64,000 bases of DNA from Amphiscolops sp. MND2022 (lineage: Eukaryota), in the NCBI GenBank assembly GCA_964187785.1, contig OZ076409.1, forward strand, positions 54,376,001 to 54,440,000, written 5' to 3'. Position numbers and translations under genes: made by a program. Shown in pieces: positions 1 through 14,606 of the stretch (positions within the stretch are counted from its first letter, which is position 1; the number at the start of each line of letters is the position of its first letter). The notes beneath the pieces were generated by a model that made no database searches, was not told the origin of the DNA, and was given only the letters and a program-made list of their open reading frames with translations.

Positions 1-596
1 TTTAATTAGTTTTTCTACAGCTGTTTCAGATCAAGATTTCAGAGAGAGAAGTGTTTCTTATTGAGAAAAACTAAGCTTGAGATTAATGAATTTGAAGTGA
101 AAAAGATCCAAAAATTCCGGTACTTAAAGATCTGAAGTATCCAAAAATGACAATAATTTAATATCTAGAATCACCAAAACATTCCAGATCCGAATGCTGT
201 GTATATAGGTTACCGACAAGGAAAGATGGTTTCTCTAGAACAGCTAAACTTTAATATGGGGAAATTGTATCGTTTTTTTTGTTCAAATCATTTTGTTCGT
301 AGTCGTTTAATATTTTTGCGGCAAGAAATGACATTTTCCTGAGAAGTTCGTAAGATTTGTGCATTTTTGTAACATTCAGAGCAGAAAATGCAAATCTTCC
401 GAAAATTTTGCAAGAATTAGAACATGCATTTTCTCACAAGATTTTACAAGGATTTTTGAAAGTATTTTGCAAGTGTTCTGTATTCTAGTAATTCAGTGAG
501 AACACTCGGCCTTCCGTAAAGTAAAAACCATGCTCAAAGCTAAAATATATATTTATATAGTCTATAGTCTACTATATATACCAAATACTATAAATA

Positions 597-680
597 TACA
601 CTATTGTTCACTAAAGCTGTTGACAAATGCAATCTCAAGTGCTTGTCAACTTGTCAACAGCCTTAGTGAACAATAGTGTA
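597..680. repeat. Inverted repeat (30-bp arms, 24-bp spacer)
   Basis: tacactattgttcactaaagctgttgacaa (597-626) is the reverse complement of ttgtcaacagccttagtgaacaatagtgta (651-680) with one mismatch. Confidence 0.85.
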
Positions 681-3451
681 CTATAGGGTCTAGGGTAGTT
701 CACTATGCTGGTTTCTTGTCCCTTTTGTATTCTGACTTTAGGGTATTTTGAACCCAAGTACTTTGAGTTCTAGTATTTTGGGCAGATAATCGCTTCCAAA
801 AACTACCAGTAACTTCCAACAAATGTTGTGCCGAATGTTTTGGATGTAAAGGCTAATTTTTAATCCATATTCAAAACAATGCGAAGGTAGAACTACATAG
901 AAAATTCATGATCAAAAGCGTGAATGAATGAAAGTAAGGCATGAAGAAAACTGTTTCATTTGTGAAAACACCTTTTCCATAATTGATTTTGTTCGCTTGA
1001 ATTGACTGAAGGAGTTATCAATTAAGGAGCTTTTTTTCCAAATCCAAGAATACAAGAATATGTCAGAGGCCACTTTTGTTGATAAATGGTTTCCAAAAAT
1101 GTCAGACATTTATTTGCATTCATGATGTACAAATGAATATCTGATAATTTTGGAACCATACGTTCTAAAAGATGTTTTGTACAGTGCTGTGAAAAATAGT
1201 TGGGACAATAAAAGTGTTCTAGTCAACTTTCAATGCAAATTGGTCACAAACAACTTAGTAAAAGACATTCTTTTGTGATGTAAACTATCTTTCTATATGA
1301 AGTCATCGAATTTTGAAAGATTATGTGAGCAGTATTGACGAAGTTCGAAAATGTTTTACGCAATTGTTTTAGGCTTTCAGATAAAGACTTTTGATGTTTT
1401 AGTTGCTTCAAAATACAGTTTTATTGATCTTCTAATAATTCTCAAAACGTTAAAAAATATATTGTTAGCTCAAAAAAACTTCCAGTCTTCTGTTGAAATT
1501 CTCAATGAATATTATCATTTTCAGAATACAGAACTGTGATTAAGAATTGTCCCTCTATGGGTTGAGCGTCGTTATCAACCAATTGAAAAGGTTTACGACC
1601 ATGGCTTCAGTAGATTTGAGTGGAAAAAAATCGATTTGAAAACTTGCCCAAAAAGCTCTAGTTAAAACGGTCAATAATTAAAAGAACGGGAAAAACCTCA
1701 ATGTTTACCCGAAATAGGCTATTTAGATTTTCACAATTTTTTCTCAAAAATTGAAAAAATGTTTCAAAAATGTCAATGATAGTGTCCTTATTAACGGAAA
1801 TGTTTCATTTTACAACATGTTTCATTTTTTAAAATTTTCAATTCCAGCTTCATACCTCCCAAAAGGTCTCACGTGTCAAAAATTGCTTCTTGCTTTTAGT
1901 AATATCTGTTTCGAGTAATTGTCAAAACGTATATAGATCACAATGACGATCTTGCAATTGACAACTAATTCCTTATTGCAAACATGAAACATGGGCTGGA
2001 AATGATGAATTATAAGGACTCCAAAAACTATGGCTTCAATGCTTTTAAACTGCACGTAATTGGCGATGTTTCTATCCTTGGTGAGCGTGAAACTTTCTTG
2101 TCAGGCAGTTCTTTTCGGCTTTTTATTTCAATAAAATTCGAACAAATTTCAGCTCGAATATAAAAAAATCAATTATGAGATGAAAGTGGAGACGATAAAT
2201 TTTACCAGAGAACGCCGAAAATTGAGTCTACTCTTCAAAATACGGGTCGGGAAACATTGCTGTTTTTATACCGCGCTTCTAAAATAATTACACAAGAAGT
2301 AGATGATATTCAAGAAACCAAATTGGGTCTCAGATTGAGCAACTAATGAGATTTTTCAGAGATTGAAAGTTCAATCCAGTTGCTTTGAACAACACTCAAC
2401 TTTTTATGAATGCTTTCAAGCGTGCAAGCCTGCTAAGATCAAATTTCACCGGTTGAACTCGTGCAATTAAAAATCCAATGTTTGCTGAAAAATGTCAGCA
2501 GCTCAATTCATTGACAATCATTTCGTTTGAGCACTGGACATATCAACTAGGTCACCAATAGACTTTTGCCTAATGGGTATTGCAAAGCATGAAAAGACTA
2601 TGCCGTGAGAGTTCATAATAATTGTCTTAAAATTCTAGCATTTTTTTCTGTGATGTGATTTTCCACTTTGCACGACAGCGATTGTCAAACAATTGAGCTC
2701 GAGGGCGGTTTTCTGATTTTTTTGATGATAAGAATTCACTTACCACTTTTTTGTTGAGAGCTTTGTTCTTGATAATTGTGAAGACGTCGGGTGGTTTGGG
2801 AAGACCGCCTGCAAAGATGGCAGCAGAAGCCATTCTGTCTCTACCTTCTCTCCCTCCCTAGTATTTCTCCTCGTTCACGTGTTTAGCTCCTCGCTTCTCT
2901 CGCGTTTGTTTTGTGGGCTAAATCAACCCGCTGCATACTCTAAATGCAAGTGAAAATAGTTTGAAAGTTAATTGGAATAAATTAACAAGAAGTAACTGGT
3001 TAGCAAGAATGAAGAAAATAAAAGGCATCCTGTTAGCAAGAAGAATTGTATTAGTTTTAAAATCGCATTTTTTAAATTGAATTGCCTTTTTAGGAATTTT
3101 AACGGCCCAATTAACTGAAAATTGACAAAAATGTTTCCATGAAAGGAAGTTTTTCCCAGAGCGTAATGATTAAAACCCTTTAGGGTAAATAGCGGATATA
3201 AGGATTATTTTGGAATTGAGGGAAAAAGAAAACGCAAAACAATTTATCAGATTTCTTGTGGGTAAATTGGATGCATATTAAATGACTGCCGTCCCATTGA
3301 GAGATTTTTACTAGCTTAATTTGTTAACTTGTTAGATTTGTTGGTTTAATTGTCGTTCTTTAAAAAGTGGAAAACTTTTTAGTGTGAAAAACGAATGAAA
3401 TAATTTCAATGCTGAACATGTACAAAGTACAGTACCAAAAAAGTATACCGT

Positions 3452-3715
3452 TTAGGCACAATTTGAATTTTTAAAAATGCAATAAAATGCCATGGTTTTG
3501 AAAAAGTTTCTCATTTTACGTACGTTCTTGCGTTGCTTATGTTGGAGACAAAACTCATAACTTACATAATTACCTAATTACTATAGTAATTAGGTAATTA
3601 TGTAAGTTATGAGTTTTGTCGCCAACATAAGCAACGCAAGAACGTACGTAAAATGAGAAACTTTTTCAAAACCATGGCATTTTATTGCATTTTTAAAAAT
3701 TCAAATTGTGCCTAA
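3452..3715. repeat. 264-bp near-perfect palindrome with no spacer
   Basis: Symmetric about 3583/3584 (ctatag); the arms match except ggaga vs tcgcc; a second small palindrome follows at 3713-3744. Confidence 0.93.
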
Positions 3716-3756
3716 GTTAAGTAAAGTATACTTTACTTAACTTAATATATATAGAT

Positions 3757-4157
3757 TCAGCTCAAGGCTTTTCTGACGCCGTTGTTGGCGACAGTTTTGC
3801 AATTGAAAGAACAATATCGATATCGAAATGGTTGTAAAAATCATTCAGTAATTTTGTTTTGAGTGATGTCTAGATTATTTTTCCATATTTCTTAATTTTA
3901 TGGTTTTCTGATTCTACTTTTTCTCGATATCGAGCAGTTCGTAGCAATTTTTTTCTTGCCATATTCGGCTTCTTAGTTAGATTTTTCTTGCCATATTGGG
4001 CTTCTTTGTAAGATTTTTCTTGGAAACATGGCTCTCTTGATAAGATCTTACCATGGCATCTTGCAATTCTTGGCAATATCTTGTCACGATCTTAGCTAAG
4101 ATTTTTCCAAGATCTTGGCAAGATCTTACTAAGATATCCATGGAGGGTCGACCCGGG
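3757..4157 (-). mobile_element. Truncated copy of the CCCGGG-terminated MITE-like family
   Basis: Ends in gagggtcgacccggg; closely matches 54650-55033 and the reverse complement of 18831-19245; contains GCAAGATCTT motif arrays. Confidence 0.85.
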
Positions 4158-7100
4158 TTATTATTATTTACTTTACTACGGTAGTTACTTAATTCTAAAG
4201 CATGAATAAGAAAATCCAAAGAACTAAGATTTTCAAAACTCTGGTTTTGGAACTCCTAGGCAAGCAAGTTTCCTGCAAAGGGTTCAAAATATTTCGACGA
4301 GATTTGCACAACTGAAATGCTTGCTTGGATTTGCAGACATATGACTCATTCAAAATCCAATAAACGTGTGTTGATAGAAATTAGAACCTGATAGTTTATA
4401 TTCGAACTTGACTCAATAAAGGTGAAATGTTCTACCTACTCCATTCTTCCGGCTACTAATCACTGGACAGCTGTTATTGGATTTCTCGAATATTGTCGAT
4501 GATTCGCATCTTTTGGAGCAGAGTTCAAATAAACAAATAACACAAATTTAACTTGCAACACGATTGAAGCTTTTGGGTCATAAATATTTTGTGGAAATGA
4601 AGAAAAATCATGAAAGTCGAGTCTAGTCTGAAGAAAAGACCTTGCTATTTAACTTGTCATTGTCATATCTTTCCGATTGAGAAAAAGCAAGTTTCCGTTC
4701 GATTGGACAATTTGAGATGAAACAAAATTACCCTTGTTTCTGCAACCGATGTCTGTCCAAGCCAATTAGTGAAAAGCCAAGTTCAGGAAACACAAGAACA
4801 AAAATCATTCACACTCGGTAGCACTTCTCAAAGTAACAATTTCCCCACTTCGTAAATTATCTTCTCTCTTTTTTCCAAATCACTGGACAAGCTGACAGGG
4901 ATTGATTAGTTTCCGAATAAATCACTGCACTTTCAAGGATACCGTGAAAATCCTCGCTGCAGCTACCAAAAAAGCTAATTACAGACTTTAGTATGACTGA
5001 AAACATGCAAAAATTGTGTAACCTCAAGAGAAAATGTCCCTTTCTGGGCTCAACCTCAACCTTGGTTGGGAAAGACTCATTTGTAGCAAAAATCTTGTAA
5101 GAATCTTTCAAAATCTCGGAAGTCTTCAAATCTTATGCATTGTCTCTAGAAACCTTGAACTAACTTGTGTAAAATATATTCCCCGCCAATGTCTTGAAAA
5201 AATCTTTCAAGGATTGTATTTGCTTGTAAAACCTTTAAATCAATTTTTTTTCAACTAGCGTATTTACGTTAACAGGTCCCTGAATTTTCCATGTTTTGTA
5301 AAAAAAAGCCAACATGTTTCCATGTAGCATGTAAAAATTTCAAGAGGTAGCGACTATCGCTGTTATGATTAAGCTTCATACCTATTTTTTTTCTAAAACT
5401 CGAATTAAAATCCACAATACTATCTAATTTAGTTGAAAAACTTGGATTTTATGTTTATTTTCCAAGTTAACATGTTTCAAAGTTTACATTTGGTGATGAA
5501 TATCATAGAGTGCAAAAAAAGCAGAGGCATTACAATTTTTTTTGTCCTCAACATTTTCCAGTTTTTGGAGTGAAATTTTAATGAGCAATCGACAAAAAAT
5601 GTTCACTCAGAGACAGACATACGAGCGCAGATTTTCAAAAAGCTGTCACTTGAAAGCACGGAAAGCTTCGCTGACAAAGACGTTACATTTCAGTAAGTTC
5701 CATTCAAAAAATAGATCGAATGCTGTCGCTTTTTAGTCTCCAATTTGAAGTTTTACGCTTTCAAGCCTGCTCTTTACAAACAAACTTTGCAAACATCCAA
5801 ATGTATTTAATTTCGTTCTTTACACCATGCAGTTGAGTAACACACAGACAGGATTTTTGCAATATTTTCTGGTATAGGTAATGTACTGCAAAATAGAAAT
5901 TTTATCAAGCACGGGGAAAATTGAACAGATCTGAAGTTCAGTTTCAAAGACCAACCATCAAATCATAGAAAAGAGTGGAAACGTCACAGCACATTTGAAG
6001 TTTGCGACTACAAAAACTTCCCCAGGTATTGATTAAGGTATTGCTCTTATCTGCAGAAAAAGTGTTTAAAGACTAAACTCAGCTGACAAAAAATACAAAC
6101 TTGAGTTAGACATCCAGTCTGCTGAGTCTTTCAATCTAAAGGATGTACCTGGATTCTTTAATATATGAAGTACACGAGAATGCTAGTTATACTGGAGACA
6201 CCTGTTTTTTTTTTCAATGAAAAAGAACACAATTTTTCCGCTCTGAATCGAAAATTTTTCATGTCTTTCTGTCACTATCAATTGTAAAAATACGTAAAAA
6301 TATGTTAAGGAAGCTTCAAGTGAAAGCATTTGGTAAGATTACACTGCAGTGTCCACCATTTCAATTCAAATCAATTATTTTCCCAATTTCGTTCCCAAAA
6401 GATTGTTTTGACAACCTCAACTACTCATCTGATGTAATTCACGTTTTACCAATAGAGATCTGAAATGACTAGATAGTAGTTTTCAACGTGATTGAGTTCC
6501 CTAGTTGAAACGACTTGAAATTTTTACATGATTTCATAGACTGTCAAGCATTTTTAGCTGGCACTACGTTGAGAGCGCAAAATTAGATACCATCAACTTT
6601 TTGATTTGGTGAAATTTTGACTTTTTATTTTTTTTCAAGCACGTAACAAAATGTGAAAAACTGAAAAAATAGAACTTTTTGTTCGAGTCCCTCCTTGCCG
6701 CAAATGAAAATTGTGGTTCTTCTGATATCAAAAACGAATAAAAGTCGTTGAAAAACTTCTAATTGTGGAAACTTGGTCAAATTTCTGTAAATGTTGAGTT
6801 CATTTGTGATCGGAGCTTGAATCACTTTTTCCTAAAACGAATGTATATTGGAGGAATACGGCCTTAATTTACTGTATTCTGTGAAATAAAGCCTAGATTC
6901 ACTGTATTTCGGTGGAATAAGACCTAAACGTTTTTGACCATGTAGAATAAGGCTGTGGAAATTTTAGTTTTTGGCGTCTACAAAAATCCATACGAAGTAC
7001 ATACGATCGACAGAATTATGTTAATCACGTTTTTAGACCGCCGGAATAGTTAAAACAGCTGAAAAGACTGACAATAGCGTTTTGACAGTACTTATTTCAC

Positions 7101-10052
7101 GAACTAGGCATTTACTTAGTAAACGAAAATTCTTAGGTAGGTATTAACGAGTTAGTGAGTGACATCGACAATGAAATGTTTTGAATAGGCTAAATCAGAG
7201 TTGATCCCTGGAAGCGGATTTTACTAAGTTTCATTTTTGGTCGAAAATATTTTAACTTACCACCCAGAAAACCCAAGCGTCACAAATCTTTAACCCCCCC
7301 CAAACGGTTTTTCTCAAAGACTACAAGTCGTACAGAACTGAAATTTGGCACGTGTGTACCTGAGCTGTTAGGCTACTCGTTTATGAAAACGGAACCGAGC
7401 CAAGACACCCAGTCCTGGGCTATTAGCACCGGAAGTGACCTTGGTCGACCCCCCTGCGAACTCGTCGACCAAGTACGTGAGAAGTCATACAATATATGAA
7501 ATTGATAGCCCCTAGGATATTAGGATATTCTCGGAACCCTACGACGCGTGCAGGAGGAGCATGGACCCTATGTAAATAAACCCGGAGTGTTATGTAAATA
7601 GCCAACGGAGGCCCCGAGGATCATGAAACTTTTCCAAGATGTTCACCTACAAGCCGTAAGTAAAATACACGAAAGATACATTAATCGGTCCACCACGAAA
7701 GGAGTAATTTTTGTTCAGGGCATGCGGGACCGGACTCGCGGGCTCGACCAATAAATGACATTTGACCCTGGCTTGTAATACCTCAAACGAACCGAAATGA
7801 TGAATGTAGTCGATTACTAACAAATATGGAAACGTATTTATAACCCATCCCGGGTTAACCGACTTAAGTAAACAAACCATACGCAGAGCATGTAACTCGG
7901 GAGCCATTGACCCTAGGATGACGAACACGGCATGTAGCAACATTAGATGACGACAAATAACTTCAAGGTCACTGATGGACCTCAAGGTCATTTTAGATGT
8001 AACCCCCGTAACGTATGGAAGAACTTACGATAAAACATGTAAATCAGCGTCGTTAAGTAATACTTTATGCAATTCAGTCAGGCGAGACAATTTGCGATGC
8101 ATTACGCCCCAAAAGGATGGAAAAGTACTACTTACACGTAGAGAGCATGCAAGCCATGTAATTGAAGGACATTGAACAACTGTCTCGATATTAAATTTAT
8201 CTCTGGTGGCTTGAATTATTATTGAAATGTGAACTTTGTACAACCATCGTTGAAGTAATTGTCGTTGGCGGCAAAAAGTGTTTAGCTGAAATATAACTAG
8301 GGCGCTGCCATACCATAAAACGAATAGAAATACATGAAGTCAAAAGCATGCAAATAAAAGAGCGACATCGGTACAACAAAAATGCGGGCAATGAACAGAT
8401 ATAATTGAGGCGGAATTGGAAAATACATGAAAAAAAACAGAACCGAGTTAAAAAGCTGGGTTCGAGTTGAGTCTCGCGGAGACAAGATACGTGTTGGGAT
8501 TACCACTCGCGCTTCTCGACAACCGAGTAAGTGCGAGAAAAAAAGTTGAGTCTCGCGGAGACAAGAGACACTTCTAGAAGTCTACGTTGTCGCTAGCTCA
8601 GTAGATTCGCTGACAAGTCCGGGAATTGTGATTTGGTTGAAGTTGGAGCTTCAACGAGATTGAATTGCGCCTAACGTACCTGGATGAATCGGGATTCGAT
8701 TGTGATTGTATCTTTTTTTTACTGGGAATTGTATATAGTATTTGATGAATTTATTCGCGTGGATTCATAGCTATAATCCTCATATTCAATTGAAATATTG
8801 CAAGCTGAATTCCCGTGAGTTGATAGTCGTGAGCCGAAAGAGCATTGTCCGGAGAGAGAAAATGACAGTAACCTCAAGAAAATAGGCTAACTCACTAAAA
8901 CAACCTTTTTGTCTGTTAAGCTTCCAATTGGAGGTAAAACTCTCTCCAAGCCTCAAATTGGATTATCTTTCAAAGGCCTAATGATTTTGTATTCAATAAT
9001 TTTAATCTTCATTCCGGTGTTCAGGCGTGATTTCATCAAACACAGTCGTTATTCCAGTTTTATCGTTTTTCTAGCAGTTTTCACAGTAAAATCACTGTTT
9101 CAGTGAACTAAGGCATGAAATTGCAGTATTTTTGTTGAATAAATCCCAAATTTACTCATAGACGAAAAACAACGTCGAGGAGTGTTTGTTTGTGTTGGCT
9201 CGTCATTTTGCAGTATACAGGTTTCTTTGTGCTCACAAAGTTATTTCTGACAAGTTACAAAAGACAATTCGGCAGGGCCATTTGTGTACTTTTGCAGTTT
9301 TTGTTCTTATCTTCCTAGCCAAATAATGCTAACACATCAAGCCTTATTTAACTGATTTTGTTTTAGGTCCTCTTTGAAAATAATGGCTTATGGTGGAACG
9401 TCACGTGAATCATTGCCTGGAATTATCAAATTCAAGGTCCTGATTTTCAGTGTGTGCGAAACTCAGGAATAGCGTGAACGGGGGTTTCAATCTGGTGCAT
9501 ACTATCGATAAACTCAGCAGGGTTATTGAACTAAAGGCTTAAATCGTGTTTCCTTGTATTTTGAGATAATTTTGTAGTTGTTTTTTTTCATTTCTTTCTA
9601 AATTGAAAGTTTTAGTTTTGCGCCTTACAGTCATTATAGAAGCTTATGCTTAACAGCACTGTTTTCGACGGTTTACAGTGAAAGAGGACCTTTTTTCAAA
9701 TGAATGAGTAGAGATTCAGGCTCGGAAAACAAAAAAAAATTAATGATAAAAGTAATTGAAAAAATGTACAGTCTTTTCTTGGCAAAAGCATCGATTGCCA
9801 AAGTTTGTGAAACTTTTGGTAAACACACTGACCTCGTTGCTTCAAATAACAACTTCATATCAATGCAATGACGTTGCAATAACTCGTATGTTTGAAGCGA
9901 CAACGCCAGCTTAAGCTTACAAATACCAAGCTTATGCTTCAAAGATATTTTTCACGATTTGGATTAACGAGTTTTGATTGATATGGGTTGTTGCCGCACA
10001 ATTGCAATGAATATTGCATTTGGAAATTTCGTTACACTCGAACTTCTATTTC

Positions 10053-10462
10053 TTTTTTAGTCGGCGCTTTTCTTTAGAAAAGAGTCGACTATAGTCATGG
10101 CTTTTCGTCAGTGTTTTTTAAAGACCACATGAACTGACCAAAATAGTTCTACAAAAGTTCTACAAAACATTAATGCACCAAAATGCACCATTTGGCCTAG
10201 CGAACTGAACCAAAAAGGTTTTTCCTGTTTTCCCGCGTAACATACCATACCGGGCGAGACCAAAGGGTCCCCCTTCAATTTTTTGATGTTTTGCGACAAA
10301 GTGGTCCTCCCTTTCAGTTTTTTTCGGCATTGAGAGACTTTTTTCCAAAATTTTTTTTTCATAAAAGGGTCCCCAACTCACCAATACTTTGACATATTGA
10401 AGTCCTTTTGCTATTTTTGAGCCTTAGATATGGCGCCGACTTGGGCCGGTCCCGGCTTGTTT
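10053..10462 (+). mobile_element. Helentron/HINE-like non-autonomous element, copy A
   Basis: 5' ttttttAGTCGGCGC; 3' GCGCCGACT subterminal inverted repeat, then GGGCCGGTCCC hairpin and cttgtt; same ends recur elsewhere in the window. Confidence 0.65.
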
Positions 10463-11895
10463 CTATATCCTCGACAGTGATTTCGCCCTCAAATGAGGAC
10501 AGCGATTTTTTTTCGCAATCAATAATAAATTACGACACGTAGAAAGCATAGAGGAAAACGAAAAATTTTCTTTCTTATCGACAATCTATTGGACTATCTG
10601 GTGTGAATTGTTAACTGTGTCCATATAGATTTTTTTCTGGCAAAAAAGTAACTGGAAAAAAGTGAAAAATTGCAAAAAAAGTTTATTTCAGAAAATTCGT
10701 TTTTTTCTCAATAACACAGCAACTGTTTGCTAAGTTACTGTCCCACTCTAGTAACACAGTTTGCCACCATTGAAAACGCATATAGAAGTTTTTCTCAATG
10801 AAGCTTCTTCAGCTATGAGTTCAACCGATATTTGAAAGGCCCTAGTGCGCATTTGAAAGCTTAGGTAAAGGGCTTTCAAGAACAGAAAACCGACTGGAGC
10901 TGCGGCTATTATTTGTGGAGAAATGAAGCTTTGAAAAAATTTTGCCAAAATTTTGTCAACTTTTCGACTTCTCGGTGTACTGTCGAGGATATGCATCAAA
11001 CGCACACTTCGTGAGAATTTGGGATACTTTTTTGGAGACAATTTGGTTGTTTTTCATTCAATGGTCAGGGTACTTAAAGTCTTGAAAAACTTAATCTGTA
11101 TTGTTTTCACTTTTCACAAAAACGTCGAGATAGTTTCAGGTACTAGTAATTACTTGAAATTTTAACTCACTTGAGTAGGGTCTAAAAAGGGTAATGTTTT
11201 TTTGAGTAATGTAACGCCTTTTAGCAATGTTACTGAGAGGTGTTAGGGGATCTGGCGGTAACTGACAGAGATGTAAACCTATTTAAAATATGGACCGCAA
11301 GTGTGCAAACGGTTGATTGGGAAGGAGAAAGGTGCATGTATGCAGTTAATTCGTTATATCCTGCCAAAATACTCTACGCATTGGACTTAAAAATTGATGA
11401 GCTGAACAGCAAGTAGTTTTACCTTATCGGCAGCTTTCTTGTTCTCTCAAAACATGCAGGCTTTGCATTCTAACAGGTGAAAAAATTAATGTGGAAAACT
11501 ACATTGAAAATGAAAATTTTTACCATTAAATTTTAATGAATTGTCGTTAAACTCGCGCGCAAAATTTAGCTGCATTTACTGTGCGTGTTTATCCAATGAA
11601 GTAAAAAAGCTCATTCTACTTAGCTTCCGCTCTTAAAATCAAGCAGTCTCCTAGAAAAACGTTCAGGGGAAACAAGAAAATGGCGGAGAAAATAATGACC
11701 ATTTTTGACGTTACCGCCACAACTCGGGGCATAAATTGCCACAAACGAACATGATGGTAAAAAGCGTTGAAAATGCCACGTGATTAATCACGTAATATCA
11801 CGCGATTTGGCGCCTAGATTGTTTTGCCCAGGGCAGATGAAGCTCCCGCATTCTCGTTTCCTATTTTTAAACCAAGGAAGTCTTTGAAAGTGATG

Positions 11896-12361
11896 AACAA
11901 GACGGGAACGTCTAAAGTCGGAGCTATATCTAAGGCTCAAAAAGCGCACATTTGAAATATGCGTAGGACGTTTTCATGAAAAACGCCTGTTTTCAACCTC
12001 CGTCTCTTCCTAACAAAAACGCAATATAGTTCGGATATAGCGCTTAATTCCGGATATTACGACGCGGGATTTTAATAATATCGAAGGCGGACCCTTTGAA
12101 GACAAAAAATGTTTTCGAAAAAAAATCTCACAGCGCCGGAAAAAATTGAAAGAGGGGCCCTTTAGTCTCATCCGGTTTTGTATGCTACGTTTAGAAAGTA
12201 AAAACTGAAAGGGGGAACCCTTTGCGATAACTTAGATGCGTTTCCCACGTATTAGTTTAGTTGAACAAACTGAACAAAAATTTCGTCACTTCGAGTCTCT
12301 CTTAAAAAACGAGTAACTGTAATAGTCGGGCTCTTTTATTGATAAAAGCACCGACTAAAAA
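11896..12361 (-). mobile_element. Helentron/HINE-like element, copy B
   Basis: Reverse-complement termini: aacaagacgggaacgtctaaagtcggagctatatctaaggctc ... aaaagcaccgactaaaaa. Confidence 0.6.
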
Positions 12362-12626
12362 TATGAAATTGTATTTTCCGATTATCCGAAAGATTAAAGT
12401 CTAGCAAAAATGACACTTTTTTCAAATTTTTCGGCTGGTTGAAACTGGAAAAAATAACGCTCAACAACGCTCTTAACAACGCTCAATTTTGGCGTTAATT
12501 GCTGGTCTTGAATAAGGCCCTTGGATTGCAACAGTCACCTAATGATTCAGAGGTGATTCCATCCATAGTCAGCGATTCCAAAAAAATTATTTGGTTAAAA
12601 GACAAATGCAATTAGTTGGCACAATA

Positions 12627-13432
12627 CCCAGTGTTCGAAGCCATGGAACCCTTGCCATGATCATGGTAAATCTTGCTAAATCATGTTCAAGCATGGTATC
12701 CTTGTCAAGATCATGGCAAATCATGATATATGGAATGCGTTTCAAGATCATGGCAACATCTTGACTAGATAACCATGGTAAGACATGTAAGCTGGTATTA
12801 ATTGTGCATAATTTATTCTTTTCGCAAAAATTCCTTGTCGTCTGTAATTTCTGAATTAGTAGCCATTGTAAAAACTTCGGACATAAAATTTTGGATCGAA
12901 AATAGTTTTTTAATTGAAAATTATCCAAAACTTGCTCAATAGTTTGCTGCACCTATTGACCGAGTTTTGTTACTTGAGAGCACGGCATTGTTACTACTAT
13001 CATAAATTATCATACAAAGCAACTCGGAATCAAGTTATTGCAACTTGCGGGTTTGCGATATCGGTGTGAAAACCAACTTTACTAGCTAATATTTGTTCAC
13101 AATTATTCAAATCATGATATTAGCTCATATATGGTTTCCTTCAATGTCTTGAGTATCAGTTTTTCTTCTGTTTAACCCTATGCATGTCTGTTTTTTGGTC
13201 CGAATAACTTTTTCGATACTAGTTACAATTTGAAAATAAGAGCTCTGAATTTTCCAAACGTTTCGCTAATGGTACCATGGAACCCTTGCCAAGATCATGG
13301 TTATCATGGTTAGCCTTTACACGATCTTGCATGGCCATGGTATCCTTGCCAAAATTATGGCAAGATCTTGGCAAGGCTCGCAAGGAACTTGCCATGGATT
13401 TTGGCAAGGATACCATGGCTTCGAACACTGGG
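12627..13432. mobile_element. MITE with 20-bp TIRs and TA target duplication
   Basis: TA|cccagtgttcgaagccatgg ... ccatggcttcgaacactggg|TA; subterminal CTTGCC/AAGATCATGG arrays. Confidence 0.85.
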
Positions 13433-14454
13433 TATATTGATGATTGCTAGCTTTCTTGCAAGCAATTATTTGATTGATTTCCAATCTCCATTGATTATTA
13501 ATTAATTATTAGTTATCTCCATTGATAATTAATTGCAATCATTTAGAAGTCATGAAACCCAATCCTGTGATGCAGTTTAACGCTTGACATACTTTTTATC
13601 TGGCATAACTTTTTTCTCAATTCTGGTTGATTGGCTCGTTGTAAAATGTAAACTGCTTCAATTAAATCTGTTGTCCGCTCGTACTCCTTGAACAGTTGAT
13701 TATTTCATTATATTTTAGTTCAATGTGTCTTCCAATTCCACAAAAACTGCCAAATATTTTCATCCATTTGATTGTCAGAATCTACATTTATAGCAATGTA
13801 ACTGCAAAAAAAACGTTAAAACTGAAACCTGGCAGTTGTTATACTAAGTTGATGAATTCCATAAAAAAATAACACCCGGAATACATTCAGAGCCAATCAA
13901 TAACAAACATCAATAACAGCATTTGTTCAACATTTTCAAAGTAAGATTTTTTATGAAAACGTAGAGCGTGTACTTTTTGAAATGCAACAAGGTAAATTCT
14001 GCAAGAAAAGTAAGAGCTCAATTTTTTTCCGGGCATAAGTTAACGAGAAAGTCAATGAACGTTTTCAGATGGACCGAATGGGTTTGCATTGGTCTGAAGT
14101 CATTTCCATTCGTAGAAGATCTTTTCAGCAGGAAATATTAAAGTCTTGGGAATATTAAAGTCTCAAGATAATCTGAGCAGCAATTTAATGACTAGAAACA
14201 CGTTAATGATTCATTTAATTACGTTTCGAACTAATTTTGAGAACTAATTGCATAGTTGAATAGAAAATTCAAGTTTGTCTCCACCCAGCGTTTTTTGAGA
14301 AAAATTGTAGTTTACGATTTAGTTATAAGTGTAGCATAATAATATTAATATATTTTTTCTCATAACCGATTGAAAAGGCAAAAAATTAAAATTTCGGCTT
14401 CGCTGTCCAGAGTAATACGATGTGGATTATTAGGGCGACTGACACTGTCTGTTA

Positions 14455-14606
14455 CCAGACAAAGCGCCCCAGTCACAAGCGCCCAGTCATACGCGCCCCA
14501 ATCAGCGATGAAATCAGCTCAATAATTAGTGAGGCGCTTTGTATTCGGAGGCTTTTGGCTGTGGGCGCTTATGACTGTGTAAAATGGGCGCTTTTGACTG
14601 GGGAGC
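14455..14606. repeat. Short foldback-type element of inverted GCGCCC/AGTCA motifs
   Basis: aagcgccc(c)agtca repeats on the left; gggcgctt/tgactg repeats on the right. Confidence 0.5.

Noticed and set aside
912..9942. Short ORFs as host exons
   Set aside because: No recognisable domains; many start at non-ATG codons or overlap repeats
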